Of a stretch of DNA of 64,000 nt, positions 13,652-27,400 are shown piece by piece. This DNA comes from Blastocystis sp. Blastoise (Eukaryota > Protista > Bigyra: Opalinata): the NCBI GenBank assembly GCA_039096225.1, contig JBBPEB010000015.1, positions 2,294,001-2,358,000 on the forward strand, in the 5' to 3' direction. The notes under the pieces were generated by a model, which searched no databases, had not been told where the DNA came from, and saw only the letters and a list, made by a program, of their open reading frames with translations. The stretch's first letter is position 1. Each line of letters starts with the position of its first letter. Made by a program: the position numbers and the translations under genes.

Positions 13652-14763
13652 ATGAGTTTAAACAACTTAGAAAAGAGCTTGGAAGCATTTCAGAATAGAT
13701 GCAAAACATATTATGGTGATCATGAGAATGTTGTTGATATACGAGATGTACCTAATATTTGGCAGGATATAACTTTTGACTACAAAATATTTGCATATTA
13801 GTAAGTCTATGTATTTTTTTCATGATAATTTGACTGTATATAGTCTTTCTCTTGTTATGTATGATGGTGTTCGAAATTTATCAGATCGTAAATTAATCGT
13901 TCTACATATTTTAATTGAAGTATGTTTCGTTTTATAAGTTTTCTTTTGGTATTATTTGTTATGTATGTATATAGAGTTATCTGAATGATCATAAGATAAT
14001 CAAAGATCTTCCTAGTTTATTTATGAAATATATGAAGGCAGGTAAATTAATAAAAGTTATCTTATTATTTATAATTATGATTTATTTCTTTAGAATGTGG
14101 ATATATCAAATTGATATCAGTTCTTAAAACCAATACTCTTCAATATAAATATAGTATAATTTTATTAGTATTATATTCATTTTTTTTTATTATTGATGAA
14201 TTATTTATTTTATAATTTTATATAGTTGAAGGTGAAATAGAGTTTCCTTCATCTACTTCATCATTAAAGTATAATACTAATAAGAATGATGAAGAAGAAG
14301 AAGAAGCAATAAACAAGTTTATTATTTATCAGAATGATATTGATTCTTTAGAAGATGGTTTAGAATGGAGTAAGCCAATGGATATGAATGAAAAAGAAGA
14401 AGAAGGAGAAAAAGAGGAAGAAGAAAGTAATAGTGATAATGATGATACCGAAATAAGTGAAGAAGAAGAAGAAAATGATAATAATAATAATAATGAAAGT
14501 ATATCAAATATAAAAATTGAAAAAGGTGAAGAAGGTGAAGTAATTCAAGAAGAATCCGTTTCATCTATATATATAATTCATATTCTTACTACATGCTTAG
14601 CTTTTTGTATTCAATATAATGAATATCATCCAACCGTAACAGATGTTGTTGAATTCATGGAATTATGTCTTGATGACAAACAAAATGTCAATAAAGCTCA
14701 GGCTATTGTTCTTTATACTCTCCTTCTTGTATATATATATATATTTATTTATTTATTTATTTT

Positions 14764-14794
<31 letters not shown>

Positions 14795-14974
14795 TTATTA
14801 TTAAAATATATATAGGACTCTCTTCGACGAACCTCTATTAAATATACTTCTATTCCTGAATCTATAGAATACTTAAAACATGAGTCTATTTATATATTCA
14901 TCGATTTATTTCTATTTCGATATATATTTATATATAGCTATTTCTTATCTTCAACAAGGGATTACAAATCTCTC

Positions 14975-15030
<56 letters not shown>

Positions 15031-15385
15031 TTTATTTACTTTTTTTTATATATTCGTGTTCATATATATACTATTATATATAGGGATGACAGACATTCAA
15101 TTATTACAAGATGATATTGAAATGGGACTCTATCCTAACCTTATTAAATTAGACTTATCCTGGATATATATATATATAGATTACATACAATAATATATCA
15201 ATCATTACATATATTATTTAAAAGAATATCATACAATTATTTCTTATTTGATATATACATGAAATAGTATATTATATATACATATATACATAGGGTGTGA
15301 TATGAATGATTCTATATTTGTAAAGTTCTGTTTATGCTTATTAAAAAATAAGTCTAAGAATTTTATCATGTCTTTCTATTGTTGT

Positions 15386-15437
<52 letters not shown>

Positions 15438-15750
15438 TATTATTTATATATTTCATATTATTAACTATAACTATATAGTTAATTCAATAACAAAACAAGG
15501 ATTTGATATTCTTCTTGGTATTATTAAAAAACATGGATTCCCTTATTTGAATACAATATCTATCTTAGGTAATCAAGTGGATCTTGAATATGAAAATAAA
15601 TTCTATAAAGAACTACTTGATATGGAGATTTATGATGACAGTGAAGAAATCTCTAAATTCACTGATTTAAAGATCAAAATGAAAATTATAGATACCAAAA
15701 CTGAATTAGAATCACTTAATACTTATTTGAAATATACAAACACCCAATAA
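13652..15750 (+). CDS. Hypothetical protein with acidic linker and C-terminal RNI-like LRRs
   Basis: ATG 13652 (MSLNNLEKSLEAFQ...). Spliced C-terminus YPNLIKLDLSWCDM...FNSITKQGFDILL...FPYLNTISILGNQV fits LxxLxLxxN/C repeats. Confidence 0.65.
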
Positions 15751-17339
15751 AATTTATTTATTTTACTTTTTATATAATATTTTTTATGATATTAATTGTT
15801 CTCATTTCTTCATTTGCATATTTTCTATTCAAATGTAAATTATTTTTTTAAATCTGACAATTTAGCAAGTATAATTATCATTTCCATCCATGAGAAATCA
15901 TTTGTAATCGGTTTAGGTTGTTTATAATCACTTACTCATAAATAATTGTTCATTTAAAGCAATGAATTTCATAATAAGCGTCTAGAATCTGTTGTTAGAG
16001 TCATATTCCTTTTTTAAATCAATGAAAATTACTGAAAACTTTAAAATTCATGAGCCATAGTAGAAATAAAAAAGTGATTTTTTTTTCATCTTTAAAAATC
16101 ATTTTATTCGAAAGTTTTTCTAATTTATAAAGTTTTGTTAACCATTAAGTATATAATCAAATAATGAGACTTGTCAAGAATTGGTTCTTCAAAGTTATAG
16201 CTTTTGTATGTTGATTCGAATTCATTCTGAACAACTACCTCTTTTAGATTTTTGTATTTCTTCTATTCTTGAATTTCAAATATGTTTCAGGAATCTACGA
16301 TATGGATTATAATCCAGAAATGTCAACATCAACAGAAATCAGAATTCATGCACTCCGTATATAGGATTTGTATTTTTAAAATATTTATCTGAACTATTAC
16401 TTCATTTTTTTGTACTACTCATTATTTCTAAAGATCATAAGAAGAGTGTTTTAGTACCAAAAAGAAATCATGTAGGTCTAAAACAAACATCTACAAACTC
16501 AACAAATCTATATGTGAAGAGTATATATCAACTTCATTATGTTTTTATATTTAATTCTCATTAGATCCATCTACATGAAGATTTGAAATGATCAATAGTT
16601 TTGAACTTTTTTGATTTTTTGTTTTTATTGTTTCCTATGGACAATGAGCATCCATCTCCTTTAAATTATGATTTTAATACAATTATATGTTTTCATTTGT
16701 AGAAATTCCTTCATCACATTTTCCTTTTTACAACTATTTTTTTCATTTATGTGTATATAATTTTTAGATTCTGTGATATTACATTCATATATAATTTTAT
16801 AGTGATTTATTTAATGTTTATTCGTTTGATAATTATTTATTTTTGTTTATTTTCCATTTTCATTTCATTTTTCTCTTTTCTTTTTAAATTATCTTTATTT
16901 TTAGCTTTTCTTTACTTGGTTTTGTTGCTTTAAATAAGGTGAATATATAGTTTAATTTTATATTATCGAATTCTTGTTGCTATTCATTGTTAGAGATGTT
17001 TTAGAAAAATACTTACTTTAGTTGCTATGATTCAGATATATAAAAGAACAAAAATAATTAGTATATTAGATTGATCCAAAATAATTGGTGACTAGAATCC
17101 AGAATTATCTCGATTAATAAAAATTGTTGAATGTTATATATACAAAAATGAATTAAAAAATAATATTTGGATGATATATAGAGAGAAAAAAGAATTAAAA
17201 AAATGAAAAAAATTTTGCTTCTAAAACATATTCTAAACCTATAATAAATATTTTTCAGGAAAATCCAGTTAGTTTTTTTGGGGAAACAATTTGTATTCTC
17301 GAATTCATTTCTTCGTTCAAACAAATACTTCTAATTAAT

Positions 17340-17968
17340 ATGCAAGAGATACAAGCTAGATGGAAGACTAAGGGCCTTGTCCTTAAGGGTGAATGGTATT
17401 TATCTTTCTTTTGAATTTCATTTCTTTTAGGTTACAACAACAAATCAACAATGAACAGTTACTATCAAAGTATATTTATATTCCATGATATTTAAGTAGT
17501 ATCTGATATTTCTCAGAACCATAGAACAACAGGATACATATTTATTAAACAAAATCTTATTTTGTGACTTGTCTATTTTATCAGAACCTACATTACCTAC
17601 AGGAATAGCAGCGAAAGATACATTTCATCTTAATGGAAGTTATATTGTTCAAATTTTAGGTTGTTCAAATATATGTGAGCCAGAGAAAAAACAATTTAAT
17701 GATGGTGCTACACGATTATTAAAATTGAAACTCTCAGATGGATATCAAAACGTTTTTGCAATAGAATATAAAAAAGTTCCACATTTATTACCTACAATTG
17801 CAATAGGTACAAAACTTTGTATAAAAGACATTCTTGTTGCTGGAGGACTTTTACTTTTTGAACCAGAAAAAGTGATTATTCTTGGTGGGGAGTACATATA
17901 TATATTTAAATGAATAAGAGAATAAAAAACTAGACTATATTTATATATCTATATATAGGTTTCAATAA
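17340..17968 (+). CDS. RMI1/TDRD3-type N-terminal OB-fold protein (short)
   Basis: RLLKLKLSDGYQNVFAIEYKKVPHL...IGTKL...GLLLFEPEKVIILGGE is the RMI1_N OB-fold signature. Introns at 17396-17430 and 17470-17516. The last exon and stop are uncertain. Confidence 0.8.
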
Positions 17969-18439
17969 GTTGATTCTGAACAAAACAGTGTAAGATAAAG
18001 AGAGAATTCATGAACAATAATGAACAAGATATTAAAGATCAAAATAAAAAAATTATTAATAAACTTATTAGTATTGTTGTTGAATAATTGAATCAAGGTT
18101 TATAAAGAAAAAGACAGTAGATTAAATAATATTTATATATATCTTAGACAAGACATGTTGACATTTAAAAAGAAGAAAAGAAAAATAGATAAAAAAAAAA
18201 AGCATTGAAAAGAATATAAAATACATGAATAGAAAGATATATACATATCACTTATTATAAATGTATATAAAGATAAATTTAAGAAATGAGATATGAAATA
18301 ATCAATTTAAAATTGAAAAACGAATAATAAAAATGAAAAATAAAAAAAAGAAAGAAAGAATTATTAATAGGAAGAGAAGCAAGAGAATCCATAGACACTC
18401 ATATATATATATATAAAGGAAACTGCTATATCTTCTTCT

Positions 18440-19031
18440 TTATTGTGCACTAAATAGGTTATTATTATTCACAGAATTCATTCGAGTTGGATTCATTGAA
18501 GAATCAACTATATATATAATATAAATTATTCATAGAAGATATATAAATAATAATTGTTTAAAAAATAAATAAATAAATAAATATAAAATAAATAAAAATA
18601 AATAAAAATAAATATATAAATAAATAAAAATAAAAAATCTATATATATACTTGAAGGTGTTCGATTATAATTATACATATCTAAGAATTGATCTGGATAG
18701 CCAGATAAATCATTAAATCCATTATTCCAATTCATATAATTAGGAACAGTAGTTGTTGTAGGAGTCGTAGGGTTTGTTGTGGTATTACCGATTTTCACGG
18801 GAATTTCAGTAGGTCCTCCAGAAACAGGATTTGTAACAAGGGGAACTTTTTTGACATCTGTTGATGTTTCAATATCTTTATTTGTTGAATTAGCATCAAA
18901 AGGAGCAGGAGAAGGATGATAATTATGGATAAAAGAAGGCCATTGACTATAAACTGGATAATTAGGATCCATTATATCACGATCTAAGGGCTTATCTAAT
19001 CCATCAAAATCAGTTAAAGACATATTCTATA

Positions 19032-19076
<45 letters not shown>

Positions 19077-19721
19077 CATAATAAATATATAAATTTAATA
19101 AACATAATAAATATTAATATAATGATAAAAAAAACAACATATACATCAAAATCATTTCTTCTTCTTTTAGGATCATTAAATGAATACATATTTAAAGTAC
19201 TTTCAACAGTAGTCTATAAATACATATAAATTTTAATTAAATATATATATAAACACATTAATATATAATATATATACTTTCCAAACTAATAATTCGTTAA
19301 CAGTACGTTTCAATGAACTAATTTCATTTTGTAAACTCTCAAATTTTGCTTCAACTTCAGGATCATTCTCACCTACTTGCTTTCTATGAATCTTTGCTAA
19401 TAAATCACGACGACCACGAATAAAATTAGGATGCTTAAATTCCCAACTTTTCGAACTAATAGATTTATCATCTGAAGGACCATCTCTACTTACTTTTCTG
19501 AACCCATAGAAATTTAATTGTCTTACAAAACTATTGAACTTGGAAGTTTTGAAATACTTTCCCATTGTTGTTGAAGAAAAAATAGTAGGATCACTAATAA
19601 TAAATGAATCACCATTTGAGCACCATGAAATAACATCGTTAGGCTCACTTTCAAGAATATTGTACAACTTATCCAGAAATGAAGTTGTTATTTTTTGATT
19701 TTCTAAATTTGATTCTGACAT
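18440..19721 (-). CDS. HSF: Heat shock transcription factor (HSF DNA-binding domain + short coiled coil)
   Basis: FLDKLYNIL...ISW...YFKTSKFNSFVRQLNFYGFRKV...WEFKHPNFIRG. Four exons, stop TAA 18440-18442. Confidence 0.95.
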
Positions 19722-19935
19722 CTTTATCCTAATTAGATCTGAATTCTATAATATTCTTTTATTATATAGATAATAGAAGGTTTTGGGTTTTATTATAGCT
19801 GTTCAAAAAAATATGATTTAGAAGTCTATCGAATTTTGGTTTATGACTTGACGTTTTTCAAAATAGAATTCTATGATAATCAACTCTTTTAAGAGTTCAG
19901 TTGACAGCTTTTGAATATTAAGAAAATTCTTATCG

Positions 19936-19971
19936 ATTTTCTAGGAAAAATCATGATTTTTCCTAGAAAAT
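19936..19971. promoter_or_regulatory. Perfect 36-bp palindrome about 215 bp upstream of the HSF ATG
   Basis: attttctaggaaaaatcatgatttttcctagaaaat equals its own reverse complement. A regulatory role is inferred from position only. Confidence 0.55.
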
Positions 19972-20438
19972 TTGTTCTGGATTTCATTTATTATTCGAAT
20001 AGAACATTGTCTAAAACAAATCTTTTTCTTCACTTTTTATGTTGAATATCACTTTGAAATTTATTATTCATTCGAAAAGATTTGTGATTTTTATCTAAAA
20101 AAGTGCATTATAAATGAATGAGATCTTTTTGTAAACTTTTGCTACCACATTCGTCAACAGTTTCCTAATTTAATATGTTCTTGGCTTTTATTTATTATGG
20201 AAATTGTATGTAGACAATATATAAAAAAGAATTTTAATAAAAATAAGTTTTTTTACTTAAAAGAATAACAATTATGTGCGTTTTATATACTTATTTTTCA
20301 TATTACATAAATAACTTTATAAAATTCTAGCCAAACATAAACAATATAATTACAATAATTTTCAAAACAAATTTCGAAATAATAGAATGAAATAAGGAAA
20401 AGTATTTGATTTATTAATAGTAAGAAAATTTATTATAT

Positions 20439-21425
20439 TTATTCAAATAATTGGTCTATATCAGAAGATGCTTTATCTAAAAGAGACGGACAATAATTCC
20501 ATCCATTCTTCAATTGTGAATTCTTTGTGATTGAATTGATTTGTTTATGAAGATATATAGAAATGGATTTTCTATAAAGAATTTTAAAATAATAAATATA
20601 ATAATAATAATAAGTGTAATAATTTGTACTAAAAAAAATATGATGATAATAAACATCATAATAAACATAATAGTAAATATAATAATATATACAATCCACT
20701 AATGAGGTCTCCAGTTGTATTAAACATATTAAAATAGAGTAAAACTGCTCTATCATATTGTTTCATAAGAATAAGTGTAGAGAGAAGAATATGTATAGAA
20801 TATAAGAAAGGAGGGAATCTATATATAGAGGAATAAACAGAGAGGAATTCATTTTGACAATATATATCATCATTCTTATTAATAGTAGAATAAAGAGTTG
20901 AATGAATGGCGGGAATTGTTAGAGGGAAAAGAGACGATGAAATTTGTTTTTGAAGAATATTTTTTTGATGATTCATGATATTATACTTTGTGTATTGCGT
21001 AGTAAATGAAATAAAAGTATTAAATAAAGTAGAGTTTGACATCATTCCTGGTTGAGGGACTAATAACAGTAAATGAATATGTAAACAATCCAAAGAACTC
21101 TATGAAATATATATATATATATATTAGTTTATAAATATATAGTTTATAAATATATAGTTTATAAAATATATTTAATATATAATATAATATGTATATACAA
21201 AGTCAGTTTTCTTTAATACATCTAAACTAACACTTTTATATATAGATTTGAATATAGAAGTATTTGCATATATATATTGAACAATAGCATCTCCTTGTAT
21301 AGATTTTAATATTTCCTTATCCTGCTCTTCACTTACATACTATAATTCATAGAATATATATAATAGATATAGAAATATATATTATATTATTGAATAATAA
21401 ACATAATAATATAATAATATCTCAG

Positions 21426-21485
<60 letters not shown>

Positions 21486-24400
21486 TATACCCAAGAAGGT
21501 AAATAACGAATAGTAAATAAAATAGACCAGGAATGATTTTGACATATATATTTATAGAAAGAGAAATAGAGATCTGAAAGAGGTGCAGGCTTTGGGAGGG
21601 AAACACAAGTTTGGCGGGTAATATGCTCATTCTATATATATATAATTATTAGAGTTATTCAAAATAGCAATAATAATCATAATAGCAATAATAATAATCA
21701 TAAAATAATAAAATATATATTTACTAATCTCTCCATAATATTATTATATAGATTTTGTTCTTCATTATAAATAGTAATAGGAATAATAGTAAATATAAAA
21801 CTGAATAAATCGGATTCAGATATAAAGAAATGATCATGGGAATATAATTCCTGTCGAACTTCTAATAGAAGTCGAATAAATGGCGCTCTAGAAAAAATAT
21901 ATATTATTATTTTTAGAAAAATTAAAAATAATCTCAAAAACAAAAAAATAAAACACAAAAATAATAAATAAAAGAAAGTAATAAATAATTATAATTATAA
22001 ACCAATATATACATACTTTTGAGTATCATTGGTCTTCATTATTTCATTATATATGAATATATCATTCAAGGGAGATAGTAGATATTCATTAGATTGTATA
22101 TATGTATATATATTCTCTGTAAGAAGATCGGAACAGAGTAATATATAACATAATAGAGTAGTATATAGAGCATTCAAAGCTTCATTACTAAGATCTATGT
22201 TCATATATAATATCAATTTACTAAGGGTAATAAAGGAACCATTAGAACTAGTGACGATCTCTTGAGGATCTTTTTGGAATACTATTCCTTCTTTCTTATT
22301 ATAAACATCCATAAATAATTGTTTGAAGGGATTATATACGCATTTATACACAATAAATTGTAATAATTGATTCTTTAAAGAAGTAGCAGCAGGAGTAATA
22401 GTAGTAGTAGTAGAATATATAGAACGAAGAATTGTATATAGACATTGAATAGATGCTTCAAATGTTGTTGGAGGGTAACTAGACTCAGATTGTATTTCTA
22501 CTGTGTTTATAGATTGATGAATGTGATTGGCTGACCATTGTGAATCTAATGCTGAAATACATGTAGCTATTACATCAGAATACCTATATCATTATTATAA
22601 TTATAATATATATTATTCTTCTAATTAAAATATTTAAATAATGTAAATATAAATAGATTCATATACATATTAAAAAGATTGATAGAATGATATTTTTGAA
22701 TACTTGTAATAAAGTTAACAATAATAGATATATTAATATTCTTATATAAAAGACTATTTATTATGTGTATAAGTTCATTCGTGTCTGCAAACGCCATTTG
22801 TTCAATATTAATTTCATCCTTAGAATAGAGAGAAGGAGAAGAAGAGAAACAGGGTTGAAGAGACTCCGAAAAAACTACATATATATATTGTTAAATAAAG
22901 AGATAAACGCTACAAATATCATTATATAACAAGATAATGCTAATATATATATATATACTTTGCATCGTTTTGATCATAAAAATATCTTTATATTGACTTT
23001 CTCGAAGTTGTTTCATTTCTTCATCTTTTCCCGCGGGAATTGCTTTCAAAGATGCTTTAAGAGAATCATATAAAGGAGTAATCAATTCACAACGGAACAT
23101 AGTATTATCTATATAATAATAATAATAATAATATAATATAATATATACCAGAGTCATATAAGTGTCCAAGAGGATTCATTTTATATATATATAGAACTAG
23201 TTTATAATAATGATCAATAGAAAGTGCTTTAAAAGATTCCGATTGAGAAGTATATATATTTATGAAGGGAATATTTGAAGAAGTTTGATAAAAGGAGCTG
23301 AGTATATATATATAATTAGAGAGAGAAGAGGAGACATGTAGGAGTTCAAAGAGAGGAAGACAAGATTCATATGTCTTCTCATTCTGAGGCTATAGAATAT
23401 ACGAATAATATAAAATATAATAAAATATAATAAAATAGAATAAAATAGAATAAAATAGAATAAAATAGAATAAAATAGAATAAAATAGAATAAAATAGAA
23501 TAAAATAGAATAAAATAGAATAAAATAGAATAAAATAGAATAAAATAGAATAAAATAGAATAGAATTAAAAACAATAAATAATAAAATGAAAATAAAAAA
23601 TATATACATAAAATATATCAATAATTTGTTCTTCATTAAGATTTATGATATCACAATCCAATGCATTTTCTTTTTGTATAATATGTTTAAAGTTATATTT
23701 AGCAGAAGGGATAGAAAGAAGAGAAGATATAATAGACGAATAAAAAGAATAAACAGAAGAAGTAGAAGCAGGACATACTTTTCTTAAGAGATAGAAGAAA
23801 CAACTATATAAATAAATATATATATATTATGAATATTTATACATTCATAGTTTTATAAATAAAATAGCAAATAAATAAACAATAATTACTTCATGGTTTT
23901 ATAGTCATCTCCGTGAATATTTCTATATATTTCTTGACATAATTGTGTATATACAACCTCTTTCTCCTTCTCTGTACCATTAGGAATAATATTAGGGTAT
24001 ATATCTTTGTCAATATTCTCCAATATATCACTCATAGATGAAGATGCTATATATATATATATATATATAATTATCATAGTTATGTTATATGAATACTATT
24101 ATAAAGATTAAAATAATAATTTAAAATAGATTTTAGTTAAGAGTAACTATTATTTATATATATAGATACAGAACAATAAGGATAAGAATCTTTCCATATA
24201 TATAGTATATTTATTCATATCAAAAAGAGAAGAGAAATTACTGATTCTCTGACGCATCTCAGGAACAATATCCTTGAGAATAGTATTCAACTGAGCACGT
24301 GCATAACTAGCATTAGAAACAAAATCATTTGATGAAATAGAAGGATACGTTTGCTATATAATATTTTATAATGATTATTATACTTATAAATGATTACACT

Positions 24401-27400
24401 ATATATAACTAAGAATATACTTGTAAATAGGAAACTACATAATATTTATATAGTTTATTAATATATCCTGAAACTTGTTCCTTATTCTCCAAAAGAGCAT
24501 ATAAAGATAAGGGGGAGAGAGTATATATGGAAGAGAGAGACTTACTATATATATAATATTACATTGTATATAATACATAGTATTAAAAAGTATTTAATAT
24601 AATAAAAGTTTCATAAATGATATTAGAATAATACAAACAAATATATAATATAATAATATAATAAATAATTATATATATATATACTGTGATTGATAATAAT
24701 ATAAGTGTAATAAGTAATTCTTTAATAAATAAATAGATAGTGTAGAATTATTAAATTGATTGGATAATTCCTCCATTTCCGCTGTATATTGACCAATAGG
24801 AATCGAGAGAGTATAAAGAGAAGATAAATATATGGACGATGTGAGATGGAGGGCAAGGAATGGCGGGCAAGAAAGGTCTATATATATAAGTATATAAACA
24901 ATAATATATATAATAATAATATATACTAGAATAATCTTCTTGCATATATTGTAAACTCATATATGTATCAATATAATTATGTATATTCTTTATCACTTGT
25001 GATTCATATCTATATATATATATATTTAAATGAAAATAAATAATAAATATACTCTTCAACTGTAATATCATCAAATTCAATGATTGTGTTCCATTTTGGA
25101 ATAGTATTCTCCTTGTAATACTTTATATATTTAGTTATCAATTGTGTTTCATTATTTGTCTCATCACTCTTCGAGTCTTCCTGCTTATTTTCTTCTTTTT
25201 CCGCAGGAATAATTATAGAAGACTTTAAAGTATCAAGAGAATTTGATTTCTATAAATATATATAATAAATATAATATATATAATAAAATAAATATAATAA
25301 ATATAATAAATATAATAAATAGAATAAATATAATAAATATAATAAATAGAATAAATATAATAAATATAATAAATCTAAATAATATCTATTCTAGATATAA
25401 TATATACTTGTTCAATAGAGATTTGCTTATATATATCAATAAATGATTTTATATATTTGGAGGGACATGTTCGTAACGCATACGCGGTAAGTGTCTGTTT
25501 GGCGGGAAGAGGGAGAAGTATATCCCCTTTTGGTATACGTAAAATTTGGAGGGAAAGTTCAGCAAGACGATCATATATAGATAGAGTTGCTATAAAAAGG
25601 AATATATATATATATATAGTTTATATAAAAAGGAATAAAAATACTATATATATCATATTTATATTAAAATGAATAAAAATAATATATATATCATAGTTTA
25701 TATAAAAATGAATAAAAATACTATATATATATACGGTTAGGAAGATAAATCTTCGTTAATGGATTCATATCATTATATCCTAAAGTTTTAGGGGGATAGT
25801 CTATTTCACTTTCAGGAATAACCGCGGGGAAAAGGTTTATAAGTTGCATAAGAATAGAGGATGCAATAAGGATTTCATTCTGTAAATAAGCAGATTCGGC
25901 CATATATACTTTAGCCTATATAACCATGGGAATTAAAAAAAAGAAAAATCATATATATTAATAGAGATGATAAGTGTAATTTTGTATGTATATTATTATA
26001 TTATGATTATATATGAGGAAATTGAAATATAAACTTATATATATATACAAGGAATAATTGTGTTTTAGGTAGTTCAAGTCTCGTGAATATTTCAGATATA
26101 TAAGCGGCTGAAGGGTAGTTTCCCTCCCCAAGAGCGTAGAGTTTAGTGGAGAATGATGCAAGACAGTAGAGAATGGAGTGCGTTTGTATAGCCTGTCGGA
26201 GTTGGAAGGGGAGGAGAGAAGGGAAATAAGTTAGAAGAGATTTAAAGACTTCTACTATATATATATATATATATATATAAATTATTATAGATATGATTGA
26301 TCAGTGAACTTTTATATATATATATATATACAGAAATTGATTTCTTGATTATAAAGAGTAGTACTTTTATCCTGACAATACCCTAATTGAGCAAGGAATA
26401 TATCGATGTCTGACTCACTAACACTATAGAGTAATAATGATATTATTAATATAAGTATAAGAATAAGTAGAATAACAATTATATATATAATATATACCAA
26501 TTTAAGGAATTGACTCTATCTTGTATATTGACACAAACGGCGTTTGTCATATATGTATCATCAATATACTGAGAATACTCTGTAAGGGAGGTATTCATAT
26601 TATTATCGAGTATATAGGGGAGAAGAACATAATAGGAACAAGACGGTGGAAGGTAGGCAAAACATCCCTCACGAACTATATAGAATAAAATATAATTGTA
26701 TAGAGTATATACTATCATTTATATATTTTTTTATATTTAATAATAATAATAAATATAATAATAATAATAATAATAATAATAAACATAATAATAATAATAA
26801 TAATTAATAAATATAATGATAATAATAATAATAATAACTATATACTTTGTTCCATATCAGTTTGTAATTGTTTCCATTTGTATTCCCCTCCTTCCATCTT
26901 ATTGGTCTCTTTCGCCAAATACTCCAATAAGGAAACACTCTTCAATTCAGAAATACGCGGGAAATCAAGAGCGGGCTTATTATTACGTGTTTTGGAATTA
27001 TTATTATTTTGAGTAAGTATATATATATGATTAATAATATTATCTCTTTCTTCTGTATAGATCGATGTCAATTGTTGAATAGAATATGAAATAGAATAAG
27101 TAGATAAAAGAATGGAAGACTGTAGGCGACTATTTAATATAGATAAATTTGTCTATATATAATAATATAAAATAATAATAATATATAAATGACTATAAAA
27201 ATAATAAATAGAACAACAATAATGATACATATATACCTTTTCTTCCATATAATTCTTCTTATTTAAATAAATAGCAGAGGTATTTAAAAGTCGATTTAAG
27301 TTATTTTGTACATAATGATATTGTTCTGTATAAGGACATGATAATAAACATTTGTAAAAGTATTCAAGAATAGAAGATAATGTAACGTTTTTAAACGGAT

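Noticed and set aside
23411-23560. Regular 10-bp array resembling a telomeric or CRISPR-like repeat
   Set aside because: It has no spacers, lies wholly inside an NBAS intron, and fits the general intronic slippage pattern.
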